NCBI RefSeq assembly: GCF_009914755.1
Contig: NC_060935.1
DNA: 64,000 nucleotides
Reading direction: 5' to 3' (one strand)
DNA from: the human T2T-CHM13v2.0 reference genome, Homo sapiens
The position numbers and the translations under genes were made by a program. The stretch's first letter is position 1, and the number at the start of each line of letters is the position of its first letter. The notes below the pieces were generated by a model. That model saw only the letters and a list, made by a program, of their open reading frames with translations. It made no database searches and had not been told where the DNA came from. This document shows, piece after piece, positions 25,550 to 43,054 of this stretch.

Positions 25550-27583
25550 ATTTACAAACAGATTAAGTTCACTAATCAAAAGACAGCCACTTGCAAATTG
25601 GGTTTTTTTTTTAAGCAATATCTAACAATAGGTTTTCTGAAAGGAATATTTCTAAAACAAAAGGTGACAGAGAGGTCACAAATAAAATGATGGAAAAGGT
25701 ATATGATGCAATTTTGAACCAAATGAAACTGGGGAGCAGATTTAATGTCAAACAATAGAAGAAAAATATGAGCAGAAAGATATAACAATTGTGAACATAC
25801 ATCTGCTTAAAAACATACCTTCAATGTACAAAATGCAACAACCAACAGAACTAAAGAGAGAACCATATAACAATTATAGCTAGACACGTTTTTTGTAGTC
25901 ATCTGAGAAACTGATGGGATACACAGACAAAAAATAAGCAATTATAGAGGAGATCTGAATGGTATGATTCATAAACTTGAAATACTAATTATATGAGAAC
26001 TTTACAACCATCAATAAGAAGAGAGAACATTTTTGAGCACACATAAAATATTCAAAAAATTTAACATTTACCAGATCACAAAGGGAGCCTCAATACATTC
26101 TCCCCAAATCATCATCATTCACATTGTTATCTTAACAAAATGGAACAAAATTATAAATTATGAATAAAATAACTTTAAAGCTTTGTACTTCTGTTAAGTA
26201 GTAACATAATAATGTTTGGGTTAACAGGAAAATATAAAAGAAATTATAAAATACTTGGAACTAAATGATAATGAGGGAAAATACATGCCAGAATTTCAGA
26301 GACACAGCAAAAGCAGACTTAAGAATGAAACTTATAGTTCTCAATACATTTACTAGGGGAAAAAAAGCATTGAAAACAAATGAAGTAAGGTTTTAACTGA
26401 AAAGATTAAAAAAAGAACAGTTGACTGAGCACAAAAAATAAGAAAGAAAATAAAGATAAAGGCAGAATTCAATAAAAGAGTGACTATAGCAGCAGCAGCA
26501 ACTACAAAATCGGTAAGAATAATTAAAACAAAAGCTGAACGTTTGAAGTGATTGCTAAGCTGTACCGACCTGCAGCAAAAGCTCATCAGAAAGAAGATGC
26601 AGAAATATAAAATTCAAAAGGGAAAAAAAAACTCCAGATATCAAAGAGATTAAAATAATTATTAAAAAATAACTATTCACTTATAAAATGAAAACTAAGA
26701 CAAAATAGATATATTTATAGAAAAATATAGAATTTAAAACGAGCCCAAGAAAAATCAGAAATTTGAACCAACCAATAACAAAATATTGAAATGGTTAAAT
26801 ACAACAGAGAAGACACCCCTACCCCATCTCTAAGCAAAATAATAATAATAATATTTTTTAAAATTGCTCCTAGGCTAAATGGTTTTACAGACGATGTTTC
26901 AAAAAACAAAGTATTCCTGTCTGGAAAATTTGTTCCAGAAAGTAAGAAAAAAAAGCAGCACAACTCATTCTATTAGATTAATTCTAAAATCTAATAAGAA
27001 TAGAGAGGGGGGGAAAAACACAATAGTTCCTTTTTACTTACAGATCCAAAATAGAATATAAGCAAACTGAATTCAACAGCACATTTTTAAAAATTGTGAT
27101 CAAATAAGGTTTATTGCAGTAATCTTGAGGTAATTTAAAAACAGAAATCTGTTAATATAAGCCATACACTAGACCAAGGGAGAAAAATCAAATGATTTCT
27201 CAATAGATTCAGAAAAAATATTTTATAGAAATTTCACATATATATATATAATAAAAACACTTAGTAAAATAGGAATTCCTTTAAGTTAGTAAAGGAGCTA
27301 TGCCCAAAATATACAGTAAGCATCACACTAAATAGATAAGATCAGAAATAACCCAAAAGATGTCTGCTATGACCATTTCTGGATATCCTGCCTAATGCTA
27401 TATAAAACTAATAATAATAACAACAGCAATAAGAGTTTTTAAGAATTAAAAGGGAAATGATAACATTTCTATTGTTTTCAAGTTATATGCTCATGTATGA
27501 GAAATCTCAATAGATCTGAAGACAAACTGAAAGATCTATTAAGTGTTCAACAAGGGAACTAGATACAAAATCAATCTACATAA

Positions 27584-27719
27584 GGCTAGGCCTGGTGGCT
27601 CACACCTGTAATCCCAGCGCTTTGGGAAGCCAAGGCAGGAAGATTGCTTGATGCCAAGAGTTCAAGAGCGGCCTGGGCAACGTAGCAAGATTTCATCTCT
27701 ACAAAAACTTTTAAAAAAT
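27584..27719 (+). mobile_element. FLAM (free left Alu monomer)
   Basis: Single monomer plus A tail; TSD aaatcaatctacataa / aaatcgatctacaaaa. Confidence 0.88.
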
Positions 27720-29314
27720 AAATCGATCTACAAAAATCAATAGCATTTTTACAGACTTACACTAAAACACGAAAATAAGACATTATTCACAATAGCAACA
27801 AAACCTCTAACATCTAGGAAATAAGCTAATAAAGAATGCACATTCTTCTAAAGAGAGAGCTTTAGAACTTTAGAACTCTACTAAATCTTTTAAGCTTGTT
27901 TAAAATAATGAAGAAACTGAGTAAAAGTAGAAGTAAAGGTAGAGCTCTAATTTTTCCCAAACTAATCTATCAAATCTATGCAATTGCAAACAAAATACTA
28001 ACTGAAATTTTCAGGAACTTAATAAAACAATCCTTAACAATTTGTTTAGAAAACTAAAGATGTTAACTTGCAAATATCAATTAAGAGTAACTAGCACACA
28101 ATAATAAAACAAAATGTAAAATTCCTGGGATTCAACAAATAAAAACTCAACTGACAAGGTGAAAACTGGATGGCTGAGAGGCATTAAAAAAGACCTGAAT
28201 AAATAGAGAGACATAGAAACATAGTATTTGCCCAAATGTGTGGTAGTTCAATATTACAAAGATGTCTATTTTCCCTGAGTACATCTATAAATTCAGTACA
28301 ATTCCAACTAAATTGATGCTGCTTAACACACACACACACACACACACCTTTTTTGGCAGGGGGTTGGGGGAGATCAAAAAAACAAGCAAAAAAATCCTGT
28401 GCAAGGCTGACTAGATGGGTAGAATCTATTTCAACATGTATCTCTTCTCTGGGAAAAGAAATCTCCTTCTATTGCCTACAAAAATGTCCTGAGGATACCA
28501 AAAGGGACCAGATCCCTCTTTGCAAACCACAAATACTCTGCAACCACCTGTGGATATAGACGTCTGACCCTCATCATAGGCTGCTCTAAGAACAGAGTGA
28601 AGGTGGCAAAGAATGGAACAATGACTCTGCTTGGCTTATTCAGAAAGGCAGGAATAGATTAGTCCTCTTTCCAGATGACTAGATTGCAGAGGGTCCATTC
28701 TCTGCTCTGGAGCAACCCAGCTACCCCTGCATTCCTGGGAAATAAAATCTCAGACCAAGAGAAGCCCTGCCCGGGAAGGAACCGCACTGTGCTGAATAAC
28801 TACTCCCAGGAAGAGAAGAAACCTCTCTGGCCCTGAGCGAAATTAGAAAGAGGAGAAAACTCAGCTTCACTTTGCCTTCCAGTACCTTAGCTTCCTTCTT
28901 GCTCTTTTTGATCTTTCCCTTCTCTGAACTGCCCACACTCATTCACTAATTCAACAAATGTGTATATTGAGCTCTTCCTCTGTGCCAGACACTATGCTGG
29001 GCATCCAGGGCTCTGAGGAAAGCAGCCCAATTTAGGTACTGACCTAAAGGACTGGAGATATAACACGCTTCTTCTCCAACTTCTTTCAAAAGGATTTGTT
29101 GATTTAAGAGACCTCAGAGAGAAGGCAATGCTTAACCCAAAGTTACCACTTCTCTAATAGAGAAATTTCAGATCTTGCTGTTTATTGGAAAAGAGGCAAT
29201 ACTTTAGCCAACAAAAACCTTTCCATTATTCCCCAAATCAACAATAGCTAGCATGCAGCTCAAAAAAAAATTAAAAAGTGTTTCCAAAGGACATTTTCTC
29301 ATTTAGCTATGCAG

Positions 29315-29565
29315 AGCAGTGATTACCACAGAGGGGGTGCCAGAAGATACATGGGGCACAAGAAAAGGATGTGAGAACTCCTAATCCCTTAGAACTGTTT
29401 CAGCCTATACATCTTCTACTTTCTGTATAAGCTTTATAACATATATTAGTACAAATTTACATGTACAAAATTTATAAATAAATAACATAAGCAAAAACTA
29501 GGATGGGTGCTCAAAAATGTTTTACTGATAGGAAAGCATGATGGAAATTTTTTGGAGACCCCTAA
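29315..29565. mobile_element. Probable hAT-Charlie relic
   Basis: agcagtgattaccacagagggg ... aaattttttggagacccct resemble Charlie termini. Confidence 0.45.
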
Positions 29566-30991
29566 TATAACAAAGAGTTCAATCTCTTAAACCTAAAACC
29601 AGTCTTGGTGACCACAGTCCTAGTAGGTGCAGGAGAAGTCAAGATCTGTGTCCCCAGACCAAGGTCTAGCTCAGTTAACTCTGGGTCATTTCATGCCGGT
29701 CCCATAGTAGGAGGAAAAATCTGGTAGAACAATGAAGGGAAATGAGCGAGTCAGAAGCAGAGATTGGAGGGAGAATTGGCTTTTCCAGGTCACTGGCTCG
29801 TTCATGGGCAACATCCCAGCATCTAAAAATAGAAGAAACATCTGCAGTTTGCCTCTTGGAGCTGGGGCTTGGATGAGCCCCAGGACAGGCCCTGGCAGAC
29901 TGCTGGTGGCCACAATGACAGCACTGGCCTCTTCAGATGACTTCATCAGAGAATGGCCAGGAGCCAAAGAAGAGCTACTTCCAGAGCCAGGGTCCTCACT
30001 GTGAAACAAAAGACCCAGAAATAAGTAGGGACCTTAGCTCTTTAACCAGAGATCTGGCTCTTCTTTTCTTGGTAGCAGGGTGGGGAAAGAAAGGAGAAGC
30101 TGGAAGGGGTGTTCAGAAATCAGGGGGAGTCTCCTTGATCAAGGATGGCTTCAGAGTAGGTGATTGCTCAATGTCATTTTTCATTTCTTATCTGTGACTC
30201 TTCCTTTGGGTTCTCTGAGCCTGGCACATAGTAGGAATTCAAAAATACTACTACGCAAGAGAAGGAAAGTAAGAGTTTATCAGTGCAAGTCTTGAACTGA
30301 GCTCTGAGGAGAATTGTGTTTCTGATTAGTTTGACTTGCCGATGGGTATTCAGGAACAAAGGGAAGGTCCTGGCTGAATCCTAGGAGCATATTTGGGCCT
30401 CTGCTTTGTGAGAATCCATGAGGAAAGGAGAAAAAGGAAATCACAGCCTTCAACCTCCCTTTCTTAGGAGAAAGAAGAGAATGAATGAGGAAGCCGAAGA
30501 GCAGGAGAAATAGGAGAAGGGTTCTTGTCCATACTGAAGAAAAAGGACAACATTCAAGATGCCTAAAGAGGAGCAGGTGCTCATAGACAGGGTTCCCTCT
30601 TCATTCCCTGCCTGTTTGCCCAGCCCCAAACTTCCCAGGTCTCCCCTTCCTTCATTCCTTCTCAATTGACCCCTCACTTTCATCTTGCCAGTTTCCCAAA
30701 GGAATGTTTAAATAGGTATTACTCAAATTGGTGTTAATCAGTAACCAATTTGATAAACAATGTGTCTTTTCTCATCCTCTACTTCCCTTTGTTCTCCAAG
30801 AAAAGAAATGAAGTCTCTCTGGTCAAGATGGGCAGTGAGTTCATGCTTGATAACTCCTGCCACTCCAAACAATATAGCAATGAAATGAAAAGTGAAAACG
30901 CACTCACAAAATACATAACAAGGTTCTAATATGAGATAAGCATCTGCATTGATCAGAAACAAAACAAAATATTAAAAAGTGATCCTCAATG

Positions 30992-31336
30992 TGTTCATGT
31001 CCTTTGCAGGGACATGGATGAAGCTGGAAACCATCATTCTCAGCAAACTATCACAAGGACAGAAAACCAAACACCACATGTTCTCACTCATAGGTGGGAA
31101 TTGAACAATGAGAACACATGGACACAGGGCGGGGAACATCACACACCACAGCCTGTCAGCGGGGTGTGTATTGGGAGAGGGATAGCATTAGGAGAAATAC
31201 CTAATGTAAATGATGAGTTGATGGGTGCAGCAAGCCAACATGGCACATGTATACCTATGTAAAAAAACCGGCACTTTGTGCACATGTACCCTAGAACTTA
31301 AAGTATAACAATAAAAATGAAAAGATAAAATAATTT
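30992..31336 (+). mobile_element. 5'-truncated L1PA (mid-age) 3' end
   Basis: ORF2 terminus and 3' UTR; TSD taaaaagtgatcctcaatg / taaaaagtgaacctgaatg. Confidence 0.93.
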
Positions 31337-31794
31337 TAAAAAGTGAACCTGAATGGAGCTGTGAGCTTGCTGGGCTCTGGGCCCAGGTGGAGGGAATGGT
31401 AGCTAAGAGTTCAGATCCTGGGGAGAAAGGAACTTAAAATACTTCACAGGAAACAAGGAACTTGAGTCAGGAGTTTTTACCAACTTACTCCTCTCTTAGG
31501 TTGCAAAAGGAAGCTAGAAAATATTACTGACAATTGCTGTCTAAGGGTACACGTCTTTGTAAGCTTCAGCCTACAGATGTGGGAGTCCAGAGACACGATC
31601 TCAGACCAGGGTCTGAGATCTGTGACAACCCACCATTCCCTGGTGGGGGAGAACTCTGAGTAACTATTAAAACACTTGGTTCTGGAAGAGGGACCAAGTA
31701 AGCTGGGAGGAGATGCAAGCCACTAGACAAGAAGGAGTAGGGGGAATGAAAAAGAGAAGGAGACAAAACATGAAAGAGATGGAAACTTTCACTG

Positions 31795-32270
31795 AAAATA
31801 TTTTCTTCACAGAATACTTGCACATCTTTTGATAGGTTTATGTATAAGTGTCTTATTGCTTCTTTGGTACTGTGAATGAGATTTTTTTTTCTAATTATGT
31901 TTCTGATTGGTTATTGTTTTGTGTAGGAATGCGATTGTCTTTTTATGTTGTTTTGGTATCCAGCCAAAATGCTAAAACGTTTATTAGTTCTCATATTTTG
32001 TAGATTCTTTTGGATTTTTGGTGTAGACAGTCATAGCATCTACAAATAACAGCAGCTTATATGTTTCTTTCCAATCTTTTACTTCTTATTTCTTTTTCTT
32101 GTTTTATTGCATGGGCTATGGAACTGAAGATAGTTGCCCTTCTTATTCCTGTCTTTAATGGGAATATTTCTACAATATCACCATTAAGTATATTGTTTGC
32201 TGTCTGTAAATCTGTTAGGAGTATCCTTGGTCAGGTTAAGGAAACCTCCTCTAACAATCTGCTAAGAATT
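31795..32270 (-). mobile_element. Old L1M ORF2 fragment
   Basis: gtagattcttttggatttt..gtcatagcatctacaaataac..tcaccattaagtatattgtttgctg. Confidence 0.75.
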
Positions 32271-34130
32271 ACCTGAGATGTATTTAAAATGCACATCTCT
32301 GAACACTATTTGATCAAAGAATCAGAATTTCTAGAGATGGTGACTAGAAGTCTAGAGTTTAAGAATTACTACATTACAGAAATTGTTTCTTAATGCTTTT
32401 TAATAATTTTCATTTTTAATAATTTAGAATAATTCTGCTGTCTTGACCTGCCTGAAGCACTTAACACTGCTTGGAATTCCCTCTTCTCTTGGTGTTTGCA
32501 TCTGCAGCAAGCTGCGTCTTCCCCCACATTTCTACCTGTTTTTTGGAAGCTTCATGTGTCCAGTAAAGAGGAACCCTAAGAATTTGAGATAAATGTCTTA
32601 TCTGATCTGTATTTGCCTGATTTGGGGATTATAGTCTTAACCCACTTTTCTCCATCATCCTCAATACTGCACTCCCAGGCTTTGTAATCTGAGGCTCTTC
32701 CTATCCCAGAGTCTGTATGAGCTGAGTTTGTTATTAGACATGGCCCAATCTCACCAATAAGACTAGAGTCACCTCCCTTGTGTATCTCTTCCTATGAGGC
32801 TCCCTCCATGTCCAAGTTTCATAGTATAACTAAACTGAAGCTAACCAGGCACTGACTCGACTACCAAATGGGTGGAGCTATTGCTGTCAGGGATATACTA
32901 CAATTTCTAAGTTTAGTATTTATTATTTTATATTTAGAGTTATCACTTTTGATATGAAAAATTAGATGCATATCACTTTCAGATATAACACATCTCCAAC
33001 TCTCCCCAGTTATCTCTCCTATAAAAGACTTACCTATTAGCAACTAACACCAACAGACCCCCAGTCATGCCCCTTCATCCTCACTCAACTAGTTATATCA
33101 GCTATTTCAGGTATTGGATTTCCTTTTTATAAAAGGAAAATGGCAGCCCAGCTGTATCATGAGATTTCTACAGAAATGATGGTTATCCCACATGTATTTA
33201 ATTTGTGGTTCGTTTTGGGGAGAAGCCACTCTCACAATCAGAAGACAGCCCCAGCTTTTGTACACCCAAGGGAATTGAACTGACTTTGCTGATATGAATT
33301 CCGGTTACAGAACAGTATCACTTCATCTCATCAACAGAATTCAAGTACTATTTCAGAAACAAGAGAGAGCTATTCTATAGATTTCCTTCCTAAATCCTAA
33401 GTCCCTTATTTCTTTCTAAGTCATGAGTCTTAAATCATAAATCCAACTGTAGTACTTCACAGTCAGTTTCAACTCTATAAACCTTATATTAATTCTGCCT
33501 AAGAGCACATGAATGCTAATATTTTCAATTGTATAAACTTTTTGTTATTGATGTTATAAATCTGAGTTTTAAAAGTAGCTAACTTTATAACTTTTAGAAA
33601 TTTTCATCATACTTTGAGACCTCAGTCTCTTCATCTTTCAAGTAAAAGGGTTGGGCTGGATCTCTAAGTGTCCTTCTGGCCCTAACATCCTATGGGTCTG
33701 GGTGCCAAGGCTTTAAACAATGTCCAGTGAGAAAATAAAGAGGATGCAAACTCTGACCCTGGGCTGTGAATGAGTATGCTACTCCCAGATTTACCCAGAA
33801 GGATGTTCTGTGCCCTGAAGAGTGGCCAAGTGAGTTTATGGTCTGGTTATCTTGGCTATTTGCTCTTTTCTAGAATTGCAATATGTGAATAAATTTAAAA
33901 CACTTTAGTTTTCCAACTAATAAATATAGGTTGAATTGGAAAATGGAAATTTTGAAGTATTCTTATTTGCAAAACACAATACTACAACTCAGTTCTTCAT
34001 TTATATTGCATGGATCAAAAATAAAATGAAATGACAAAAATTATTGGTGGAAATATTCTTTAAATTAGTTGAAATGATTTGGGTATCTAAAAAAAAATTA
34101 ATTCTAGGTTTAATTTTTTTTTTCATTTAG

Positions 34131-36462
<2,332 letters not shown>

Positions 36463-37022
36463 TCAACCACTGAAACTGTCTCACAATGAAAGAAATATGT
36501 GAAAATTAATACATTTATTTAGTTAAATGAATAAATTTATTTAGTTAAATTACTCTCATTCTTTAGTTATAGGAACAGACACCAATGGTGTGATTACTCC
36601 TTAAAGCCTAGGCTAATAAAATATATGTGTTCATGTGTTTGTATATGCTTATACAGACATGTGTATGTACCTTCCCCCTGAACACCATCCCTACCAACAA
36701 ATACACATACACATCACTTTACTGAATGTCCACAGTAACATTCTGGGAGACTTTGAAAAAGTAAGAGTCTATTCGTAAATTACTCTAAATTTTACGTACT
36801 CTTTTTGTCTTCATAATTTCCCAATTCAAATCACAAAAATAATTTTGGAACATTCGCAACAACTTATGTTGTAAGCTATAATCTTACAAGGAATTTATAT
36901 TTCAAATGTTTCATATTTTATCCCATAGGTAACAGAAATTAATTTTCAACTTACAATAAACTGAACTTATCTTTAAGGCAATGTCTGAAAGTCAGAAAAA
37001 AATTTAACCTTTAAAATCCATT

Positions 37023-37100
37023 ACTTATTAACATTAATTTCACTAAAGTTGGTATACAACCCCCCGCCACTGCTGAATTTGACTGGCTATAAAAATAAAA
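37023..37100 (+). pseudogene. Y4 RNA (RNY4-derived) retropseudogene, 5'-truncated
   Basis: acttattaacattaatttcactaaagttggtatacaaccccccgccactgctgaatttgactggct matches the 3' two-thirds of hY4; A-rich tail; TSD taaaatccatta at 37012 and 37101. Confidence 0.92.
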
Positions 37101-37154
37101 TAAAATCCATTAAAACCTCTAGTTTTTGTTTTCCCCTTTTAAAATTTACTTTAA

Positions 37155-37543
<389 letters not shown>

Positions 37544-37550
37544 GGATTAA

Positions 37551-38095
<545 letters not shown>

Positions 38096-38897
38096 TAACA
38101 CTAGAACCCATCTCCAAATACCATCTCATTGCATATTAGGGCTTCAACATATAAATTTGGGAGGGGACACAATGCACTTTGCATTCAATGTGTAGAAAAA
38201 GCTTAAATGTTTTTAATAATCACATTGTTGATAGAAGTGTTAGCATATTTGGAGACTGTTGTGGGATAAAGCAAATGAATAATTTTGTTGCTATCATTGA
38301 GAACCAGTATTTTCTGCATGGAGGAAAGGAGATGCAAATGTAACATCAAAACATTTGAGTAAAAACCTTACAGTCCTGAATTTGAATTGGGAGTATCAGA
38401 ATAAACTAATAATATATTTTTAAAAAATATTTTCTAACTTTAAAAGGGTCTAAAAACAATGACTAAAAAAGCCAGTAGCAATGAGCACTTCTAGTACCTA
38501 GATTGTGGTCTTTAAAGCCATTTCTTTTAAAGCCAAAATAAACCAGGGCTCTGAGGAAAAATGGCTGATTCTAAGTCTTGGCCAGAACTTTTGCAAGCTA
38601 TGCCTAGGACATCTTATTTTACCAGAAACCTATCAAAGATAACTGGGGTCATGTCAAGAAAACTCAAGAGCCAACTTGAAGAGGTTGCTACAGGCCAAAT
38701 ACAGGAAAATCCAAGCATTAATAAGAGCACGATTATTTAAACATTTTAAAAATATGTTTAAATCATGAACACATAATGTTACATCAAAAAAAAAAAAACC
38801 TCATTGGTCATCTTTGGAGCATGCTGAGAAACCAACTCATTATTTGGAAATTGGCAAATAAGAAAAAGAATCAAGATCAATCCTGAAAAGTAAGTAG

Positions 38898-39217
<320 letters not shown>

Positions 39218-39320
39218 GAGAGAACCCTTTTAAAAATAAACGTGTGTTAGCTAATAAATGAGGAAGGAATGATAGAATTTGAATATCAGTGTTTTGTAGC
39301 CTCCAGTGACAGAATGGATT

Positions 39321-40362
39321 TAGTTCTGCACAATTCAATATGGCAGCCCCTAGCCACATGTGACTATTGAACACTTGAGATGTAGCAAGATTGAGTTGAT
39401 ATGTGCTGTAAGTGTCAAATGCACATTGAATTTCAAAGACTTCGTGTATAAAAATGAAAAATATCTCAATAATGTTTATATTGATTATATGTTGAAATGA
39501 TAGTATGTGAAATATATTGGGTTAAAAACAACTTTTTATTAATTTAGCTAATTTAATTTAGTTTTTAAAACAATTACATTTAGGAAGAATAAATTTCAAG
39601 AGATCTATTATGCATCAAGGTGACTATAATTAATGACAATATATTGTATTCTTGAAAAATGTAAAGAGAATGGATGCTATCTGTTCTCACCACAAAAATG
39701 GTGACTGTGTGGGGTAATGCATTTATTAATTAGCTAGATTTAAACACTCCACAAGGTACATAAACTTCAAAATATGTTATACACTTAAAAAACATAAAAT
39801 ACTGTCAATTTTTAAAAATTAAAGACATACATAAATGTTTAAAATTAATTTTACCTGTTTTTCTTTTTTTTACTTTCTAAAAACCTGGTGTTAAGGAAAA
39901 TTCAAAATTGAGGCCACCGTTTGGATAGACTGCTAGGCCAACTGCCTGTAGCCACATCACTGAAACTTAAGCTATCATGATTTTCCTCAAATATTAGCTC
40001 TAACCACGAACACAACTTAGGTTTTTCTTTCTGAATTCTGAACCAATCAGCTACAGATAAATAAGCTAATACAGACTTACTTGTCCTAAAAGGAATGTAA
40101 GTTTTAATAGCCAATCACAACAAAGATCAATGTACTTCCTCATTTAGGCTTTTGAAGCTGCACTGTGACCGCTGTGAGCCAAACTGCTTGCCACTTTCGG
40201 CGTCAACTCTGCTGCTTATGAAACCAGGAGACTTTTGGGGATTTTTCATGCACAATAAACTCTTAAAATTTTAACTCGATTTGCTTTTATTTTTGGTAAT
40301 GGCTACCAGAAAATTTTAAGTGACATATGTGGCTTGCATTATATTTTTGTTGGACAGCACAG
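39321..40362. mobile_element. MER33-like hAT-Charlie element split by an L1MA fragment (about 39580-39835) and an LTR
   Basis: caatatggcagcccctagccacatgtgactattgaacacttga ... atatgtggcttgcattatatttttgttggacagcac. Confidence 0.75.
39889..40298 (+). mobile_element. ERV1-class solo LTR (MER57/LTR54-like)
   Basis: TG start, two CCAAT boxes (aaccaatcag, agccaatcac), tgcacaataaactc poly(A) signal; interrupts MER33. Confidence 0.6.
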
Positions 40363-41042
40363 ATCTAAGCACTAAGCACTAATAGCTACTAACAATACAA
40401 AATGAGAGCTAACCAAATAGCATATGCCTCCTGTTAGAAGTACAAACACCATCTCTGAAATATTCTTACCAAAAAAATGGACCCTGAATCTGATCAAGAT
40501 TTTATGTCTTGCTACCAAATTGCAGTAAATATAGACAGCAGAGAAACAAAGTAAATGACACCATAGGCATACAACCAGCAAAATCCAGAAAATAGGAAAG
40601 TCTACAAACAAATGATCCTGTTTGTTCAACAGATAAGTTGCAAAGGGGGAACAAAAAGCGGAAGAGGAAACCGGAAAATGAAAAGAGATTTTAAAACATA
40701 CCAACTGGTTACAAAGTATGGACCTTATTTGGATCTTGGTTCAAACAAACTATACAAAGAAATAAATTAGGATGCAATAAAATCAATTTGAACACTAACT
40801 GGATAGCTGGTGATATAAAGGAATTATTAATAATTTAGGTAGTGGTATTATAGTTATTTTTTAAAATTGCTTATCTTTAAAAATACATATGGAAATATTT
40901 AAAAATAAAATGTTAAAATTTCTGGGATTTGCTTCAAAACAATTTAGAAGATGGAGAGACAAGAGTGGGGATATCAACACCTGTGAAAAGAAGGGGAATA
41001 GAAGATAAAAGAAATAATTAATTTTTTTTTAAAGTAGAGGCT

Positions 41043-41380
41043 TAGTCAGCCCTTCCTGTCTGTGGGTTTCACATCCATGGATTCAACCAACTACAAGTCA
41101 AAAATCCTTGGGGGAAAAAATTGCATCTTTACTTAACATGTACAAACTTTTTTTCTTGTCACTATTTCCTAAACAATGAAGTATAACAACTACTTACATA
41201 GCATTTACTTTGTGTTAGGTATTACAAGTAATCTAGAGGTGATTTAAACTATATGGGAGGATGTGCATAGATTATGTATAAATACTATGCCACTTTGTAT
41301 CAGGGAATTGAGCATTCAAAAATTTTGCTGTCAGTAGGAGGTCCTAGAACCAATCCCCCATGGATAAGGAGGGATAACTG
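41043..41380. mobile_element. Tigger3/Golem-derived element (second copy)
   Basis: agtcagcccttcctgtctgtggg..ccatggattcaaccaac ... ggataaggagggataactg. Confidence 0.8.
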
Positions 41381-41497
41381 TGTTATGAAATGAGATTAGC
41401 TGTAAGCCAATTACTGGTAAAACATGGTGATGAGTACGTGATGTTCATCATATCATTCTCTCCACTTTTGTATATGTTTAAAATGTTCTATAATAAA

Positions 41498-41859
41498 TGT
41501 AGTGTGGTGGGTCCCCCACCGGGTATATGTCCACTGCCTGAACCCTGAAGGCTGGGCAGTGAGCCAAGGTTATGGTGCCCAACCAAAGAGCAGGTGTCCC
41601 TGAGAAGCCCAACATCATGGAGAGTATCTGAGAACCCTCCGAGGAAAACAGTCCCATTGCTCAAACACAGTAGGCAAAGAGCCTGAAAACTAGCTTAACA
41701 GCAGTTTACAGACAGGAGGGAGGGGCGGGGACAATGCAGATCTCTAGCACTGTCCTGCTGCTGCCCAGTGTCTTATCCAAGGCATTCTTTGGTCTCTCAC
41801 ACCTTCCCAGTTTGGGAGTTGAGGGAAGGATGTTATGGTCCCAAGTTTTTCTCATAACA
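41498..41859 (+). mobile_element. Solo LTR (LTR47-like)
   Basis: TG..CA ends; gtggtgggtcccccacc..ctgcctgaaccctgaagg..gagcaggtgtccctgagaa. Confidence 0.65.
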
Positions 41860-42319
41860 AAAGAAAGGTAAAAACAAGTTTAAAAGTCGTAGAAATCGTT
41901 ATTAAAAGGAGAAAATTAGAAAAATCAATAATCTCACCATTCTAAGAACAGGGTTACAGAGTTAATAATTTGTTGTATTCCCTTCTGGTATTTTTTCCTA
42001 CATATTTTTATAGATATAATATTATATTTCCTACAAATTATATCCATTTGCATATAAATATATATTTACAGTGTATGTGTGTGTATACACACACATACAG
42101 AAATATACATACATGCCATTTTCCATCCTGTTTTGTTGGCTTAACATTTTATTCATTCAGCAAATGAATATATTTAGAAACAAATATTTATTGAATAAAT
42201 GAGTTATATTTTCATGCTGCTTCATAACCTTTACATCTATCATCTTTAACAGCTGCATAATGCTTCATTAAGAGGATGACATCATTTACTCAAGCAAGTG
42301 CCTTCTCAGTTTAGTAGTA

Positions 42320-42555
42320 GTAGTTGAAAGCTCAGGCATGAAGCCAGAACTGAATTCAGATCCCAACTATGTAACTTACTAGCTACGTGACCTTGTGCAA
42401 GATACTTAAACTCACTAGACATTAGTTTCCTGCTTTCTAAAATTGGTATGGGAATAGTATTTAACTCAAAAGTTTCCTGTAAGGAAAAAAGGAGCTAATA
42501 TATGTATAGCACTTAGCCTGGAGTCTAATAAATAGCAAACACTCAACCTGTTATT
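42320..42555 (+). mobile_element. MIR
   Basis: acttactagctacgtgaccttgtgcaagatacttaaactc..agtttcctgctttctaaaattgg. Confidence 0.75.
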
Positions 42556-42812
42556 GAAAAAATTGGTTTTTTTCTCTCTTATTAGTAATATCAAAGTAAC
42601 CATTTACATACATATCATTTCTTCTATGTTTTGGATGGTTGTATTAGGCTGGAATCCTAGAAAAGGAATTACTAGAGCTAAGTAAATAAGCTCTTCTATG
42701 GCTCATGTCATATTTGTGCCATTGCATTTGTTAAATTGCTTTCCCAAAGAATTGTACCAATCTTCAATGCCATGTGTTTCACTATCCCTGCCAACATTAA
42801 ATATCATTTAAT

Positions 42813-42992
42813 TTTTTTTCTTTTTCTTTTTTTTTTTTTCTTTTTAGAGATTGGATTTCACTCTGTCACCTAGGCTGTACTACAGTGGTGTGATCATAGC
42901 ATACTGCAACCTCAAACTTCTGGCCTCAAGTGATCTTCCGACCTCAGCCCCCCAGAGTGCTGGGATTACAGATGTAAGCCATCACACCCAGT
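42813..42992 (-). mobile_element. Alu monomer (FAM/FRAM-like)
   Basis: T tract plus a single antisense monomer. Confidence 0.8.
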
Positions 42993-43054
42993 GTTAATAT
43001 TAATTTAATAGAAGTCTCCCATCTTTTAGGACTGTGCTCTTTTTATACTAAAAA

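Larger units (their letters stand above)
22950..28320 (+). mobile_element. Ancient, highly decayed L1 (probable 5' region, ORF1 and ORF2 remnants)
   Basis: A-rich plus strand; ORF2-start-like sequence near 25040-25600 (taattacataa..taatcaaaagacag); RT-region pieces (atctcaatagattcagaaaaa, atacaaaatcaatc, ctataaattcagtacaattcc). Confidence 0.7.

Noticed and set aside
20515-28320. Opposite-strand L1 pieces as a single inverted (twin-primed) L1
   Set aside because: The ORF2 segment around KLILKFIW appears on both strands and no shared TSD is visible; separate old insertions are the simpler explanation.
32820-33480. Non-repeat-looking AT-rich stretch as a processed pseudogene or exon
   Set aside because: No sustained ORF, recognisable peptide, poly-A tail or TSD.
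36513-36550. 16-bp direct repeat atttatttagttaaat
   Set aside because: Short AT-rich slippage duplication with only two units; no array or spacer structure.
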